The notes beneath the pieces are model-generated. The model worked only from the letters and a program-made list of their open reading frames with translations. It was not told the DNA's origin and made no database searches. This document shows positions 51,507-64,000 of a DNA stretch of 64,000 nucleotides, in pieces. The DNA lies in contig NC_043015.1 in NCBI RefSeq assembly GCF_006345805.1, positions 5,704,001 through 5,768,000 on the forward strand. Direction: 5' to 3'. Within the stretch, counting starts at the first letter, position 1, and each line of letters begins with the position of its first letter. A program made the position numbers and the translations under genes. The DNA is from Octopus sinensis. Lineage: Eukaryota.

Positions 51507-51695
51507 ATATATATATTATATACACACAAATATAGGTGTGTGTATATGCGTGTGTGGGTGCGTTTATGTATGTATGTATGTATATCTAAATGTTGATAAA
51601 GGACAACATTTGATATTATAGCGTCATCAAATAGCTACTGATATGGATAGCATTGTTAGCACACCCAAAAGATTCGCTTCTATTGTTAAAATGCG
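50592..51695. repeat. ~50-bp inverted repeat pair (50592-50640 / 51644-51695)
   Basis: cattttaacaagagaagcgaatcttttgggtgtgctaacaat versus attgttagcacacccaaaagattcgcttctattgttaaaatg. Confidence 0.85.
51137..51440 (-). mobile_element. tRNA-derived SINE, D-related head with a different tail
   Basis: Minus strand ggaggcgcaatggtccagtgg...ggtttcgattcccagaccgggcg...ctctttcgccacaactttctccc. Confidence 0.75.
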
Positions 51696-52617
51696 TGATA
51701 TTAACAATTCTAAATTATTTTACTCTCTTCATTTCCAATTCATTTATGCAAATTGAACAAATATTCTACATTTTTCCCCCTGTATATGACAAGTCTTTTC
51801 ATCGGCTGAATTTATTTTAGATAATTGCTATACTGATGACGCATATTAAGGCAGAAGCTGTCAACAGTTGTGCTTTCACTTTAGGCAGGTCTTTTGTTGG
51901 GTTGTAAATTGTGGAGCGCAATTTTTCCAAGAGATTATCTTCTCTGCTCATTTGAAGTCGTTGATAATTGTCAAAGATTATATATCTGTAGATTAATTTT
52001 AATAAATCAAAAAGGTATGAACAACATTACATGTCTTCCTGCTTCTTTCCTCCCTCCCCTTCCTTCCTTCCTCCTCCTTCCCTCCCGTCCTTCCTTCCTC
52101 CTCCGTCCCTCCCGTTCTTCTTTCTTCTCTTCGTATCTCTTGACCGTTTTGGTCGTTGAGGCATTTGTTAACGATGTCGGAACTAGATTTTGCTACTTGT
52201 CTCAAGTCTTCTGCAGCCCCTGGTGAGTCAGTAACACCGGGAACGAACCCATCCGATTCGGTATGTGCTCTGCTGTGGCTGTGATGGTCATCAATGTCTC
52301 ATGAGCAAGTTGGCTTGGCGACGACCAATCCTCTCCAAGTTGTTGAGACACGCCTTTGCTCTTCACACATGATCGTCGACCCGAGCAGGTTTCCTGGCCC
52401 TAGCCGGCGTTTCCTTGAGGGGCTTTACTCGGAGTCTTTCGCCTGCTTGTGTAGTATTTACACCCTCTCCACAAGCTGCAGTGGGGTTACCGGGTATGGC
52501 GACGGTACCCACCAAGTGAGAGATTAGGAGTTGAATGAGGATCAGTGATACCTGTCCACCTGACCATCCCTGGCAAGGCGCAGTTACCAGACACCAAAGT
52601 ACCTATACATATAGACA

Positions 52618-53292
52618 CCCGTCAGTCATGAATGACCATAGATTGCATATAGAATGTTACCTTCCAAGGCACAAGTCAGGGCAAAGTTATTTATGGAAGA
52701 GCAGCAGTCGCACATGCATAGTTGCTTACCCTCTCTACGCCTTCCTTCCTTCCTCTGGTCCTGAGTATTTATTGAGCGAAAACACCTAAAGCTCTACGAG
52801 GCTCCGGCAGGGGGTGGTGGTGATCCCTGCTGTACTCTTTCACCACAACTTTCTCACACTCTTACTTCCTGTTTCTGTTGTACCTGTATTTCAAAGGGCC
52901 GGCCTTGTTACTCTCTGTGTCACGCTGAATATCCCCGAGAACTACGTTAAGGGTACACGTGTCTGTGGAGTGCTCAGCCACTTACACGTTAATTTCACGA
53001 GCAGGCTGTTCCGTTGATTCGGATCAACCGGAACCCTCGTCGTCGTAACCGACGGAGTGCTTCCCCCTCCCTTCAGGTCTCTTGACCGTTTGTCGATGTT
53101 ATCTAAGGGAAAGGCAAAGGCTGATAAAGCTTGGCATCAGTGATTTTATAACTCGCTTCTATAATTGAGTGAACTGGAGCATAATAATAATAAAGTGTAT
53201 TGCTCAAGAAAACAACATAGAGCCCGGAACGGGAATCGAATTCACTACCTCATGATTGTGAGCCCGATGATCTAACCACTGAATCAAGCATA
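52618..53292 (-). mobile_element. C-related SINE split by a nested plus-strand SINE
   Basis: Head at ~53085-53292 (ggttagatcatcgggctcacaatcatgaggtagtgaattcgattccc). Presumed 3' part at 52618-52741. Confidence 0.55.
52765..53063 (+). mobile_element. 5'-truncated mosaic SINE (D-type body plus C-type tail)
   Basis: Body shared with 51260-51360 and 43905-44000. Tail shared with 18205-18388. Confidence 0.75.
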
Positions 53293-53569
53293 CTGCTGCT
53301 TAGTGAATGGAAAATATACATAAATTTACTGAACTCGGATGCAGCAGCAATCGTAAAAAAAAGGGACGTAACTCTGTATGCACCAAGAGCGGTATTCGCT
53401 TGAAATAGATGTTTTCGTTTCAGGATTTGTGTTCGCCAACAAGCTGACAAGGGCTGTATTTTTACCTTCTCCTAGACAGCAGATACATTGAACCGCCCGT
53501 AATGCAAAGTGCATTAATACACGTGATACAGGTTGTTACTTTCTCATCGGCTTTAATCGACGACTACAT

Positions 53570-54348
53570 AGAAGAAGAAGAAGAAGAAGAAGAAGAAGAA
53601 GAAGAAGAAGAAGGATGATGATGAGGAGGAGGAGGAGAAGAAGAAGGAGGAGGGGAGAGAAGAAGAAGAAGAAGAAGAAGAAGAAGAAGGAGGTGGAGGA
53701 GGAGGAGGAGAAAAAGAAGAAGAAAAAAGAGAAGAAGAAGAAGAAAAGAAGAAGAAGGAGAGATAATAAGACGAAGACGGAAGAAGAGAAGAAGAAAAAG
53801 AAGAAAAAAGAAGGAGAGGAGAAGAAAAGAGAAAGAAGAAAAAGAAAAAAGAAGAAAAAGAAGAAGACAAGAAGAAGAAGAAGGAGGAGGAAGAAAAGAG
53901 AAGAAGATGAAGAAGAGGGAGAAGAAGAAGAAGAAAGAAGAGAAGAGGAGGAGGAGGAGGAGGAGAGGAGGAGAAGGATAAAAGGAAAGAAGAAGATGAA
54001 GAAGAGGAAGAAGAAGAAGAAGAGAGGAAGAAGAAGAAGGGAAGGAGGAGGAGGAGGAGGAGAGGGAGGAGAAGGAGAAGAAGAAGAAGAAGAAAGAAGA
54101 AAGAAGAAGAAAAAGAAGAAGAAAGAAAGAGAAGAAGAAGGAGGAGGAGAAGAAGAAGAAGAAGAGAAGAAGAAGAAAAAGAAAAAAGAAGGAGGGAGGG
54201 AGGATGAAGAAGAGAAGAAGAAGAAGAAGAAGAAAAAGAAAAAAGAAGAGAAAAAAAAGAGAGGAGGAGAAGAAGAAAGAAGAAGAAGAAGAAGAAGAAG
54301 AAGAAGGAGAAGAAGAAGAAGATGAAGAAATAAGAAGAAGAAAAAGAA
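53570..54348. repeat. ~780-bp polypurine (GAA/GGA)n tract
   Basis: Direct reading. Source of the spurious 236-323 aa ORFs. Confidence 0.95.
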
Positions 54349-54718
54349 ATATATATTCACAGACACGACAGAGTTGGGACCTATATACGCAGGAAGATAT
54401 ACCAACACTATGGGATAACAATAATAAAAAGATGGTATAGGCACACCCCCAGAGAAGGCCACAGAAAATGAGAAAACAACTATACTCTGGGATATGACAA
54501 TACACACAGATATTCATATTATATTATTAGCGTTATCCTGCATTATCATGCTATATTATTAGAGAATAAAAATTATTTCCTTATCTGTATCTTCCGATAC
54601 ATCTCAATACTTCTAAAGCAAATTTTGTTGACTTTCAACATAAGTTTAATTTGATGTGCGACAGCATCTTATAAAGCTATATTATTATATTCTAAATTTG
54701 CAGAGAATTCGAAATATG

Positions 54719-54792
54719 GGTCAGTTTAGCTTAATGGTAAAGGACTTTACGCGTAATCATAGATATGTGAGTTCGAGTCTCATAAATGACCG
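54719..54792 (+). pseudogene. tRNA-like sequence (decayed tRNA or SINE head; possible CGT anticodon)
   Basis: Acceptor ggtca../..tgacc, D-arm tagcttaatggtaaag, T-arm GTGAG-TTCGAGT-CTCAT. The anticodon stem pairs poorly. Confidence 0.5.
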
Positions 54793-55037
54793 CCGACAGA
54801 TTCCTCTGCAAAATATGGATAGTTTATCTTTTTCGTGCTATATTATTAGCATTATCCTGTGTTTGAGAATACAGTTATTTCCTTAACTGTATCTTCCAAT
54901 ACATCTCATCGCTTATAAACCAGACTTTGTTGACTTTCAACTTAAGTTTAACTTATATATATATAATATATATATATATATAAGATATATATAGATTTAT
55001 GTATGTATGTATATATGTATGTTAATCATATATACAT

Positions 55038-55076
<39 letters not shown>

Positions 55077-55459
55077 TATATATATCATAAATATATATGT
55101 GCGTCTGTGTGTGCAAATGAAAGAGGGAAGAAGGAATTTACGAGAATTTACTATTTATTACGACAATTGTTTCGACAGATCTAACATCAATTCCTCATTG
55201 GTGGGACACTCAACAACTGGTTCAGGAGCATCCGGCAGTGCAGATGTATCTCGTTGGGTGATAAATAAATACAACTCGTTAAAATAGCTGTTCCGCAATG
55301 TAACTTCCCGTTTTTTTTTTTGTAGAAAGAAAAGCAGCCAAACGGACGGAATATCTACATTTATATAGAAGATCAAAAATAAATTCACAGATGACAAAAA
55401 GAAAAACGCACACACAATCCAGCGAGAAAAGTACATTACATATATATATATATACTATA

Positions 55460-55502
<43 letters not shown>

Positions 55503-56531
55503 TATACTACATACGTACATATATACATATATGTACACACACACACAGATTGAGAGAGATGCGTGTAAAATGTATGTTCACATGCAGAAATATACGTGTC
55601 TGCATGTGTTTTTGTCTGTTAGTATAAGAATGTGCGTAGTATTCTGTACTGAATTTTTGATTGTATTTATTATTTGCAAACGTTCTGTAACTCCTGCGGA
55701 ATTGAAGCAAATAAAGACATTAGATTGTATTTCACTGTAGATGATTTTAGGGATTACTACGAGGTGAATTCATCATTATGATCATCATGATCATCATCAT
55801 CATTGTTATTAAGATCATCATAAACGGCATCCTTTCAACCGGCATCATAACAATTGTATTTCAAAAAGAAACTTGTAATAGCAAAAATAAAGGCAACACA
55901 GTAGGATATTTTTTCCTTCTTTCACTTTTATTTTTTTTATTTTTGCTAAATCGTATTTCGATTTTATTGTACTAAATGTAGTATTACGCATTGCGTGATC
56001 GATTTAGTTAGGAAATAATAATAACTAGCTTTTTGAATGCGTTATCTAGTTGATTGGTTTCCAATATAATTTAGCTATGTTTCAAATTTGAAGTATTACT
56101 TTTTATTGAAAGTGTCATTAACAACACACCTTCATATTCATCTTATTCTCGTTAGGTTTCACACTGTTTGTGCAGTGATTCGGAGAAATCTTTTTTGAGA
56201 TTTCTAATTGCAATGAATAATAATTATATTTTTGATTGTTCTTTTTGTTTGTTTTGTTTTTCTCCACATATGTTTCTTTGTGTCTCATTTACAAATAGAT
56301 GAAAGAGTAGAGTATCACTATTGAAATTACTATTAGCTTTCGAAGCAATATATTTCTGCTGCTTCTGCTGCTGCTACTGCTGCTACAAATAACACGACTA
56401 TTACTCTGGTAATATTTCTTTCACTTTTCTTCTTCCGATCGACTTTATGTAAACCCACCCTGCTCTCAAATTTTTACACTGTATTTGTTACGTCTCCATC
56501 ATCTGATACGCGTGTGGCAAATAAAAAGAAC

Positions 56532-56670
56532 TATTATTATTATTATTATATTATTATTATTATTATTATTATATTATTATTATTATTATTACTATTATTA
56601 TTATTATTATTATCATTATTACTATTATTATTATTAATTATTACCATTATCATTATCATTATTACTATTA

Positions 56671-56751
<81 letters not shown>

Positions 56752-56791
56752 TATTATTATTAATTATTACCATTATCATTATCATTATTAC

Positions 56792-56842
<51 letters not shown>

Positions 56843-56909
56843 CATCATCATCATCACAATTATCATTATTATCATTATTATTATCATCATCATCATCATC
56901 ATCATCATA

Positions 56910-56972
<63 letters not shown>

Positions 56973-57020
56973 TTCTTTATTATTTTTATATCATCATCAT
57001 CATCATCATCATCATTATTA
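56532..57020. repeat. (ATT)n/(CAT)n microsatellite
   Basis: Direct reading. Confidence 0.95.
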
Positions 57021-60000
57021 CTGTTGTCGCTGTTCATCGTCGATGCAGAACGTGTTTTTGTTTTCATTGTTGTATTTTGTTTTATTTTGTTTCCTTTGTT
57101 TCTTTTTTGAGGGTCACTTTTGTTTAATTTTTTTCTCCCTTATTATTAAGATGACTAGAACTATAACGGACTAGTCAACCTTTTCGTTACTTGCCCTTCG
57201 TGGCAAATTTTTAAAAGAAAGAAACTTTTACGAATGCAAAGCAAAAATTTTCAAAATGGCTTCTTCTTTGTTAGCGAACCGGAAACAGAGGAAGATAGGA
57301 GGTAGTAATAAAAGGTGAAACTGTATTTCGAATGCAACATCTCCCACCACACAGTTCTACAGACACAGTAATAATTAACAATATTAAAAGCCGAATCAAT
57401 AACAACAACAGCATTAATGACAACAGCCGGAGCAAAGATATATCAAAACCTCAAATAAATACTGACGAGGTAGAACTCACCACCACCACCACTATCACTT
57501 ACAGCTCCATTACAAGCCTCCATTACAAACACTAACACAACTTAAGGCAAACACATTCACCAACAGAACACAACTTAAGACGAAACGAGAAAAGAAAAGA
57601 CTTACGCAGTTATAAAAAAACTATCAAAGAAAAATAATGGGCCGCATCCACCAGTATGCAAGTATCACACACAACAACTAATTTATGTTAGCATCCATTC
57701 CAGTACACGAAATAATCATCTAAATATTGCAGCACGCATATAACGTTTTAAAAATCCCATGGGGTTATCCAGATTTTATCTACATTGAGCATTTTAGAGG
57801 CTCGCAGAAAATGATAGAACAGGCTTTCCACAATTTGATATCATCGGCTACGTAGAATATAAATTTATCTTCTGTACGAGCAGTCTATACAGGACTCGGA
57901 GGTACAGACCCGGTACTGAAAGTAGAATAATCACTCCCAGTATCAAAGCTTGGCCCACTGAGAGGAGGGCATTAGAATGAGGGCAGTCGACAACAACAAT
58001 TGCCGGGAAGCATAGTATAGAGTCGAAGTGTAAGCAAGAAAGAAAACTCGAATAAAGGAAGAATTAGTTAAAATATGCGAAGTATCACATCAGAATATTA
58101 TAGCAACCCACGTATTTGCGGTGAGATTGAACCTCTACGAATTCTTCAACGCGAAGGGATGTCGCTTTGCTGCATAAAACTCAAAGGGCCGAAAGCTATT
58201 TGATGGGCTCTAGCTGCAGAGGGCAACGTGATGATAAAGCTTTAAATCTGTTTTTGGTCGAACAAAATGGGAGCGTGTTAGTTCCGATCTGCTCGGGTCG
58301 AGTGTCGAGATGAAACTCAGGCTGGATTTCTATGCCTACACGATATCCCTCTATGTAAGAAAAGCAAAATGATGCGAAAAGCTGATAACAACAGTGGAAA
58401 CACAGGGAGTGTTTATTTGTTGTAAGAAGAATAGATAACCTTGTCTGAATGATCAGACCCATGAGGTTTATTTTCATATGTCAGAACTTTTTCGACATCC
58501 GTTGGCAGATATTCTGCCGCAACTGGCAGCAAAGAGCGAGTATTGTCAGTCGAAAAGCAACGGCGCCACTGAAAAAGGACTTAAACAAGGGATGACTTCA
58601 ATAATTTTAGACCCAAAATTCTGTGAGTGGTGCATTACATAATCTTGACCAGATTGTTAGCGAAGGGGATAATGCGTGTCGGCGATGGTCCAACTGGTGA
58701 TAAAAGAGCAAGCACTATCCCAAACAGATCTAGCCACGAATACCTCTATCTCATGCTATATATAATAGAGAGGGTGAGTTCGTAACTTAGCATTCGTTGG
58801 GGCCAGATCAATTAAGGTCACTTGAAAGCTTTTGATGAGGATGAACTTAGCTGAAAGACTTTGATGAAGATGAAGAATATTTGGTAACTGTCTTTTTTAT
58901 AGGTCTTCTTAAGTGTTAGTTTTTGTTGTTGTTGTTGGTTTTTTTACTTTTGTTCGGTCTCGACATCGGCTGCTGGATTACTGCAAAGAATAGAGACAGC
59001 TGCTCAGCGTTTTGAGTGAATGGCTACTTCTCTGAACAATTCGGTATTTCATCCTTTGTTCGTTAAAGCAATACATTTTTCTTTCGTCTGCATGTACTGA
59101 CTCTTGAGCCACTAAAGTAGAGACTAGAATTTTTAAGGGGCATTTCGTGAAAAGTCAACAAACTGAAGCTCTGCAGCGACATACATGTAAGACTTCACCA
59201 TCTCACAGTGCACATCTTGGTGATCGACACAGCCGTAAACAAATACGAGAAGTAGATTGGAGAAAAATCAGCGAATAAAATTCAGCTAACCACTGTTTAC
59301 ATGCAGCCGACGTTGATTTTGCCTTTCATACATACGAGGTCGTTAAATGAGCACCGTTGAACATAGGGGTCGAAATAATCGACTTAGCCCACCTTGAAAT
59401 CCCTGATCTTGTGCCGAATATGAAATCAGTTGTCAAATTAATCGACTAACTCCTATGTTATTGATAGCCTTAAGGTTAAATCAAGAAAATTATTATTCAT
59501 GTTCATGCTTCTAGCAACAGTAACTGCAGCATAAGTAGCAGCAACAACAGCAGCAGTCGTTCGAGAATTTGGACCTGGAGATCTCCATTTCCAGCGACTT
59601 CGAAGGCCACCTCCCAGTGGTGTCGGACGTCAACGTATAGCCCTCAACTACAACAAGACGACCAAAGTTTTTTTTTTCCAAAGTCTGGGGTTTCCCGCTC
59701 CTAAGCCCTAGACCATCACTTAATCCCCCTTACTCGTCTTGTTGCTTAGCAACAACAACAACAACAGCAAAAGCAGCAGCAGCAGTACTAGTAGTAGTAG
59801 CAGTAGTAGAAGGAGGAGGAGGAGGTGGAGGAGGAAGAAGAGCAGTAGTTGTAGTAGTAATAGCAACGACAGTTGTCGTGTGCTCGTAGATAGGCAAACT
59901 CGATAGATTGTTGACTAAATAGTTTACATTATTGAATTACGTCACTTTCTCTTCTTTATGAGGATTCATGCAATTACTACTGTCAGAGCATTGCATGCCG

Positions 60001-60645
60001 ATGAAATCATCTGTTATTCCTACAAACACAATGCTGACAGAGTTGCTATTACAACAAATGGTTATCCTAAAACATATACGTATCGTTAAGAAGCATGCTA
60101 TACTACCACGTTGTTTCGAATGCATTTGCCAGAGCAATACTTTGAACAGGTGTTTCCATGTACAGCTATGGGCCGGCCAATGTTATGTAAATGGTTTTTT
60201 ATAGAAGTTCTTCGTGTATGTATCTATGTGTGTGTGTGTTTGTGTATTCTTTTCAGACATGTGTTCGTTAACTGGTTTCACCCAAAAGCTGGGTACATGC
60301 TGGAGCACCGATTTTCAGTGATTCGGCGTCTCCTTTCTGTACTGTTTTGGACGAAAAAACGAGATGGACGCAACTGCTGTTCTTTGCGTCTCCTGCCGTG
60401 GTGGCTTCAGATGGGATTTCAGATAGAAATTTGTCCAGGTCCTTTTATATATATATATATATATATAGCGAGAAAGTAAGATAGACATAAATGGGTTTTG
60501 TAAGTCGGTAGACATGAGAGAGAGGGGACAGAAGAAGAGGGGAGAAAGGAATAAAAATAAGAAAGGGTAAATGAGTAAAAATACATTTATACATATGTAT
60601 ATACACGCAGGTACATATATAGCTATACATATATGTATACACACA

Positions 60646-60701
<56 letters not shown>

Positions 60702-60735
60702 CATACATACATATGTAGATGTGCGTATGTATATA

Positions 60736-60780
<45 letters not shown>

Positions 60781-61137
60781 TATATATATACACACATAGG
60801 TATACATACATGCATACAGACAGACATGGGGATCGCCATACATTGGCGGTTCGGCCACAATGAAAGACGGAATAGGAAGCGATCATAAAAACCGTACATA
60901 TTGAGGTCGATTTCTTTGACTAAACACTTTAATGCGATGCCCTTCTTTGGCCGCCGTCCAATGATTGAAACAAGTATAAAAAAAAAGATAAAAAGAAAAA
61001 AATCATAATAACTCCAGCCATTAATATATCACCTTCAACTCCAATTTTATTACTCAAGTAATTTAATAATCAGTTTTTGTTTCATTAGCCCATCAATAAT
61101 TTGTCACCACCCTCATATATAAAACTAATTACGTTTC

Positions 61138-61262
61138 ATCTTCTTCAATTTCTTCTTCTTCTTCTTCTTCTTCTTCTTCTTCTTCTTCTTCTTCTTCTTC
61201 TTCTTCTTCTTCTTCTTCTTCTTCTTCTCCTTCTTCTTCTTCTTCTTCTTCTCCTTCTTCTT
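61138..61262. repeat. (TTC)n microsatellite
   Basis: Direct reading. Confidence 0.95.
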
Positions 61263-62141
61263 TTTTCCTTTTTCTCTGTTCACAATATACTTCTTTTAGT
61301 CTTATCTTTATTCTTTTTCTCTCCGTCCTCTTCTATTTCCGTCCAAATATTATTACAACCTTTGTCGATAATATTAATGATATTTAATATTATTTTTGTT
61401 ATATTCTTTCGCTCAATCTCCTTTATTTTATCTTATCATCCTGCCTTCTTCATTCCAGCATTCATTCATTCTTCTATGTACGCATTCATTCATTCGTTCA
61501 TTCATTGAGTTACTCATTTATTTATTTAGTAAACAATAGCTATGTTTTAGGAAAGAAGATTAGCAAGTGTTAATGCTTCTCTAAATCAGTTTGTATTATA
61601 CTAACGTAATACATTTTCCACTCTGCATTCAATGTGAAATCCCTTTCAACGATCTCTAAAATATAATTGTAATAACTTGATTATGGAATACCATCGTAAC
61701 TTACAGATGATTATCTTATGATAATACTTCGAGTCTGATAATGCTCCATTAAAACGATAACAGGATATTCTTTCAATATTTTGAAGAGATAATTTTGCTC
61801 GGAATTTCGTATAATTATCTACTTCTTATGTTCAATGAAGCAACACTGTTGGAAAGTTGCGTAAATTGGATAGTTATGTTCATAATAAGCACATTTGCTA
61901 TTTGAGTCCAATGCCTCGTGTCGTATAGGTCAACGTTTCAATACCGCATCTTCTCGTGTGTGTCTGTGCGTGGCTGTGTATATACATAGAGAGGTGCGTG
62001 TTTAAACATATCACAATTATGTATATAAACACAGAAACACATATATATATATTTACATACATATATACACATGTATATATATATATATATATATATATAT
62101 GACGCCCACACACACATATATGTTTGTATGCTTATGTTTAT

Positions 62142-62201
<60 letters not shown>

Positions 62202-62317
62202 ATATACATACATACACACAAGTACAGAAATATGAACCTGTGCCTATAATATATGTGTATATATATAATTATGTTATGTAATGTATGTATACATATATTT
62301 ATGCATATATATGTACA

Positions 62318-62610
62318 CTAGCTGAATAGCCCGTTATTGCCGGGCAATTATTACAAGAGAACGTGTTATATAAATTTTTGTTTATTTCATGTCCGACCAT
62401 GCCTTCCCCAATAGATAAGCCACATGATCAGGACAGATTTGTACACTTTTTCCTAAAACCCTTTCTGAATTCCTTTCTGAATCATCTACATGTCTGCTCG
62501 AACGTTTCACATGACTTTATTCAATCTTATGACTTCTTAAACTTCAGAAGTTTGTTTAATAAATAGTCCTCAACGTTATGATTTTGCTTCCATTTTGTGA
62601 TAGACAGCTA
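62318..62610 (-). mobile_element. Non-autonomous Helitron, 3' end (5' boundary uncertain)
   Basis: The minus strand ends gcccggcaataacgggc (hairpin) tattcagCTAG|T. Confidence 0.65.
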
Positions 62611-63020
62611 TCATGCAGAAAATGCCAGCTTCCAAATTCTGTTTTTTCATTAGGTAAAATTGATTAAACTTTAAACCCATGTAAGATTTTACTAAAACTT
62701 TAAACCCATGTAAGATTTTTTTTTCAACAAGAAATTAACAAAATTGGATTTAAAGTGTAAAATTATCTCAGTGCACCAAAGTTGAAATTTTTGACGGAAT
62801 TTTAAAATTTCACTATATGTGATATCAACCGAGAAAGCCCTACAAACGTAGAGACAAACAGTTATAGGACGTTCCACACACACGCACGAGCACACAAACG
62901 CACACGCGCGCACACACACAAACGCACACAAGCACACTCGTTTGCAAGTGCCCGCACAGGCAATCACCAGTTTAAAACGATGACTAGTAGACATATGTAT
63001 ATACGTATGTATGTATGTGA

Positions 63021-63058
<38 letters not shown>

Positions 63059-63129
63059 CAAAATAATAAATAAAACATATACATACATATATGTACGTAC
63101 CTACATCTATATGTATATATACATGCATA

Positions 63130-63480
63130 TATGGGTACAAGACACCAAAAGAACGTCGAACACAATGAGAAACGAAAACATAAACACAAAGCCAAGGAAA
63201 TGGACATTTTTCTTAAACAACGAAATATAGAGTACAAGACATACAACACAAGCAACATTCCCCTTCTTCATCCGCCTCTGTTTCATCTACTCCGCGTTTC
63301 GAAGATAAAGGGGAGACACGACTTCGTTGAAACAGTGCTTCCCGCAAAAGCAAATTAAATAAAATTTGAGATTTTTTGCGGAGGGGTAAAAATGGTAACA
63401 AAAACAGGACAGTAAAAACAATACAAAATATATACAGTAAAAGACAGGACAAGGAGAATAACAGTAACACGAACATTGAG
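63130..63480 (-). mobile_element. Possible Penelope pLTR-like remnant abutting (AT)n
   Basis: Minus strand ctgtttcaacgaag...cttcGAAACgcg...gaaacag is a degenerate hammerhead-like layout, followed by a T-rich tail into (AT)n. Confidence 0.35.
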
Positions 63481-64000
63481 GGCTGTTAAGCCAGACCGAA
63501 TGAAAAAATATTTTAAACGCTTTGAAAACGGCGAGAGAGACAGGGAAAAATATGGACAGATAGTAAAAGGTCTTGAAGTCATACCCTGTTCTGGTAACGC
63601 TTAACCATTTGTGCCTTAAATCGACTGGAAGACCAAAATGGTGTAAGAAGTCAGCATCGAAGATAGGATATGGTATTTCTGCGATGCAGTGGTGTAGAAG
63701 TTTACGCTAGTCAGGAAGAAGGTGGACAGGCCTAATACTACATGCAACCCCTGTATCGACTAAAATTTGCTGCTTCGAAATAGACTCGAATGTGAAGAAT
63801 AGTAATTGATGATTAATCATGCACGCATGATAAATTCGCGATTTACATGTAATCGAAACAAACTGCCATATACGTATACAGAAGTATCATATATGTATAC
63901 AAGCATGCCTGGCATGTCAATAATGCTGAAAGTTTTATTAATGATGGAAATGTCTCATCAAGATAATTAGAGAAGATCATTGATGATTGTCAGCAATCGA

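Noticed and set aside
50597-51688. TTAA at both inverted arms suggesting piggyBac/Kolobok
   Set aside because: The inverted match extends beyond the TTAA, so it is not a target-site duplication.
51830-51870. CTGATGA...GAAG..GTC match
   Set aside because: GAAA core broken and stems unsupported.
53536-54517. Long ORFs of 236-323 aa
   Set aside because: Translations of the (GAA/GGA)n tract. Low complexity, no domain.

Overview
This is AT-rich, microsatellite-saturated eukaryotic non-coding DNA. The SINE repertoire and repeat texture resemble an octopus/cephalopod genome (inferred, not verified). No host protein-coding gene is recognisable, and nearly all listed ORFs are translations of simple repeats. 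The window holds several tRNA-derived SINE families; 3' fragments of an L1/Tx1-clade LINE, always inside (GATA)n; R4/Dong-clade fragments, mostly in (TAA)n; a Hero-like LINE relic; an internally deleted mariner; two non-autonomous Helitrons; a tRNA-Cys pseudogene; and a 100-N gap. The most notable signal is a dense set of type I hammerhead ribozyme motifs, mostly in non-coding (AT)n-flanked cassettes. These are: (i) a ~483-bp monomer repeated ~3.5 times head-to-tail and then ~1.5 times inverted (34321-36712), with five hammerhead motifs spaced one monomer apart, resembling a retrozyme or Penelope pseudo-LTR array; (ii) a duplicated palindrome carrying back-to-back hammerheads (22930-23481); (iii) a solo intact hammerhead (49848-49896); and (iv) a dispersed minimal-hammerhead family. 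All structures were folded by eye and no activity has been shown.
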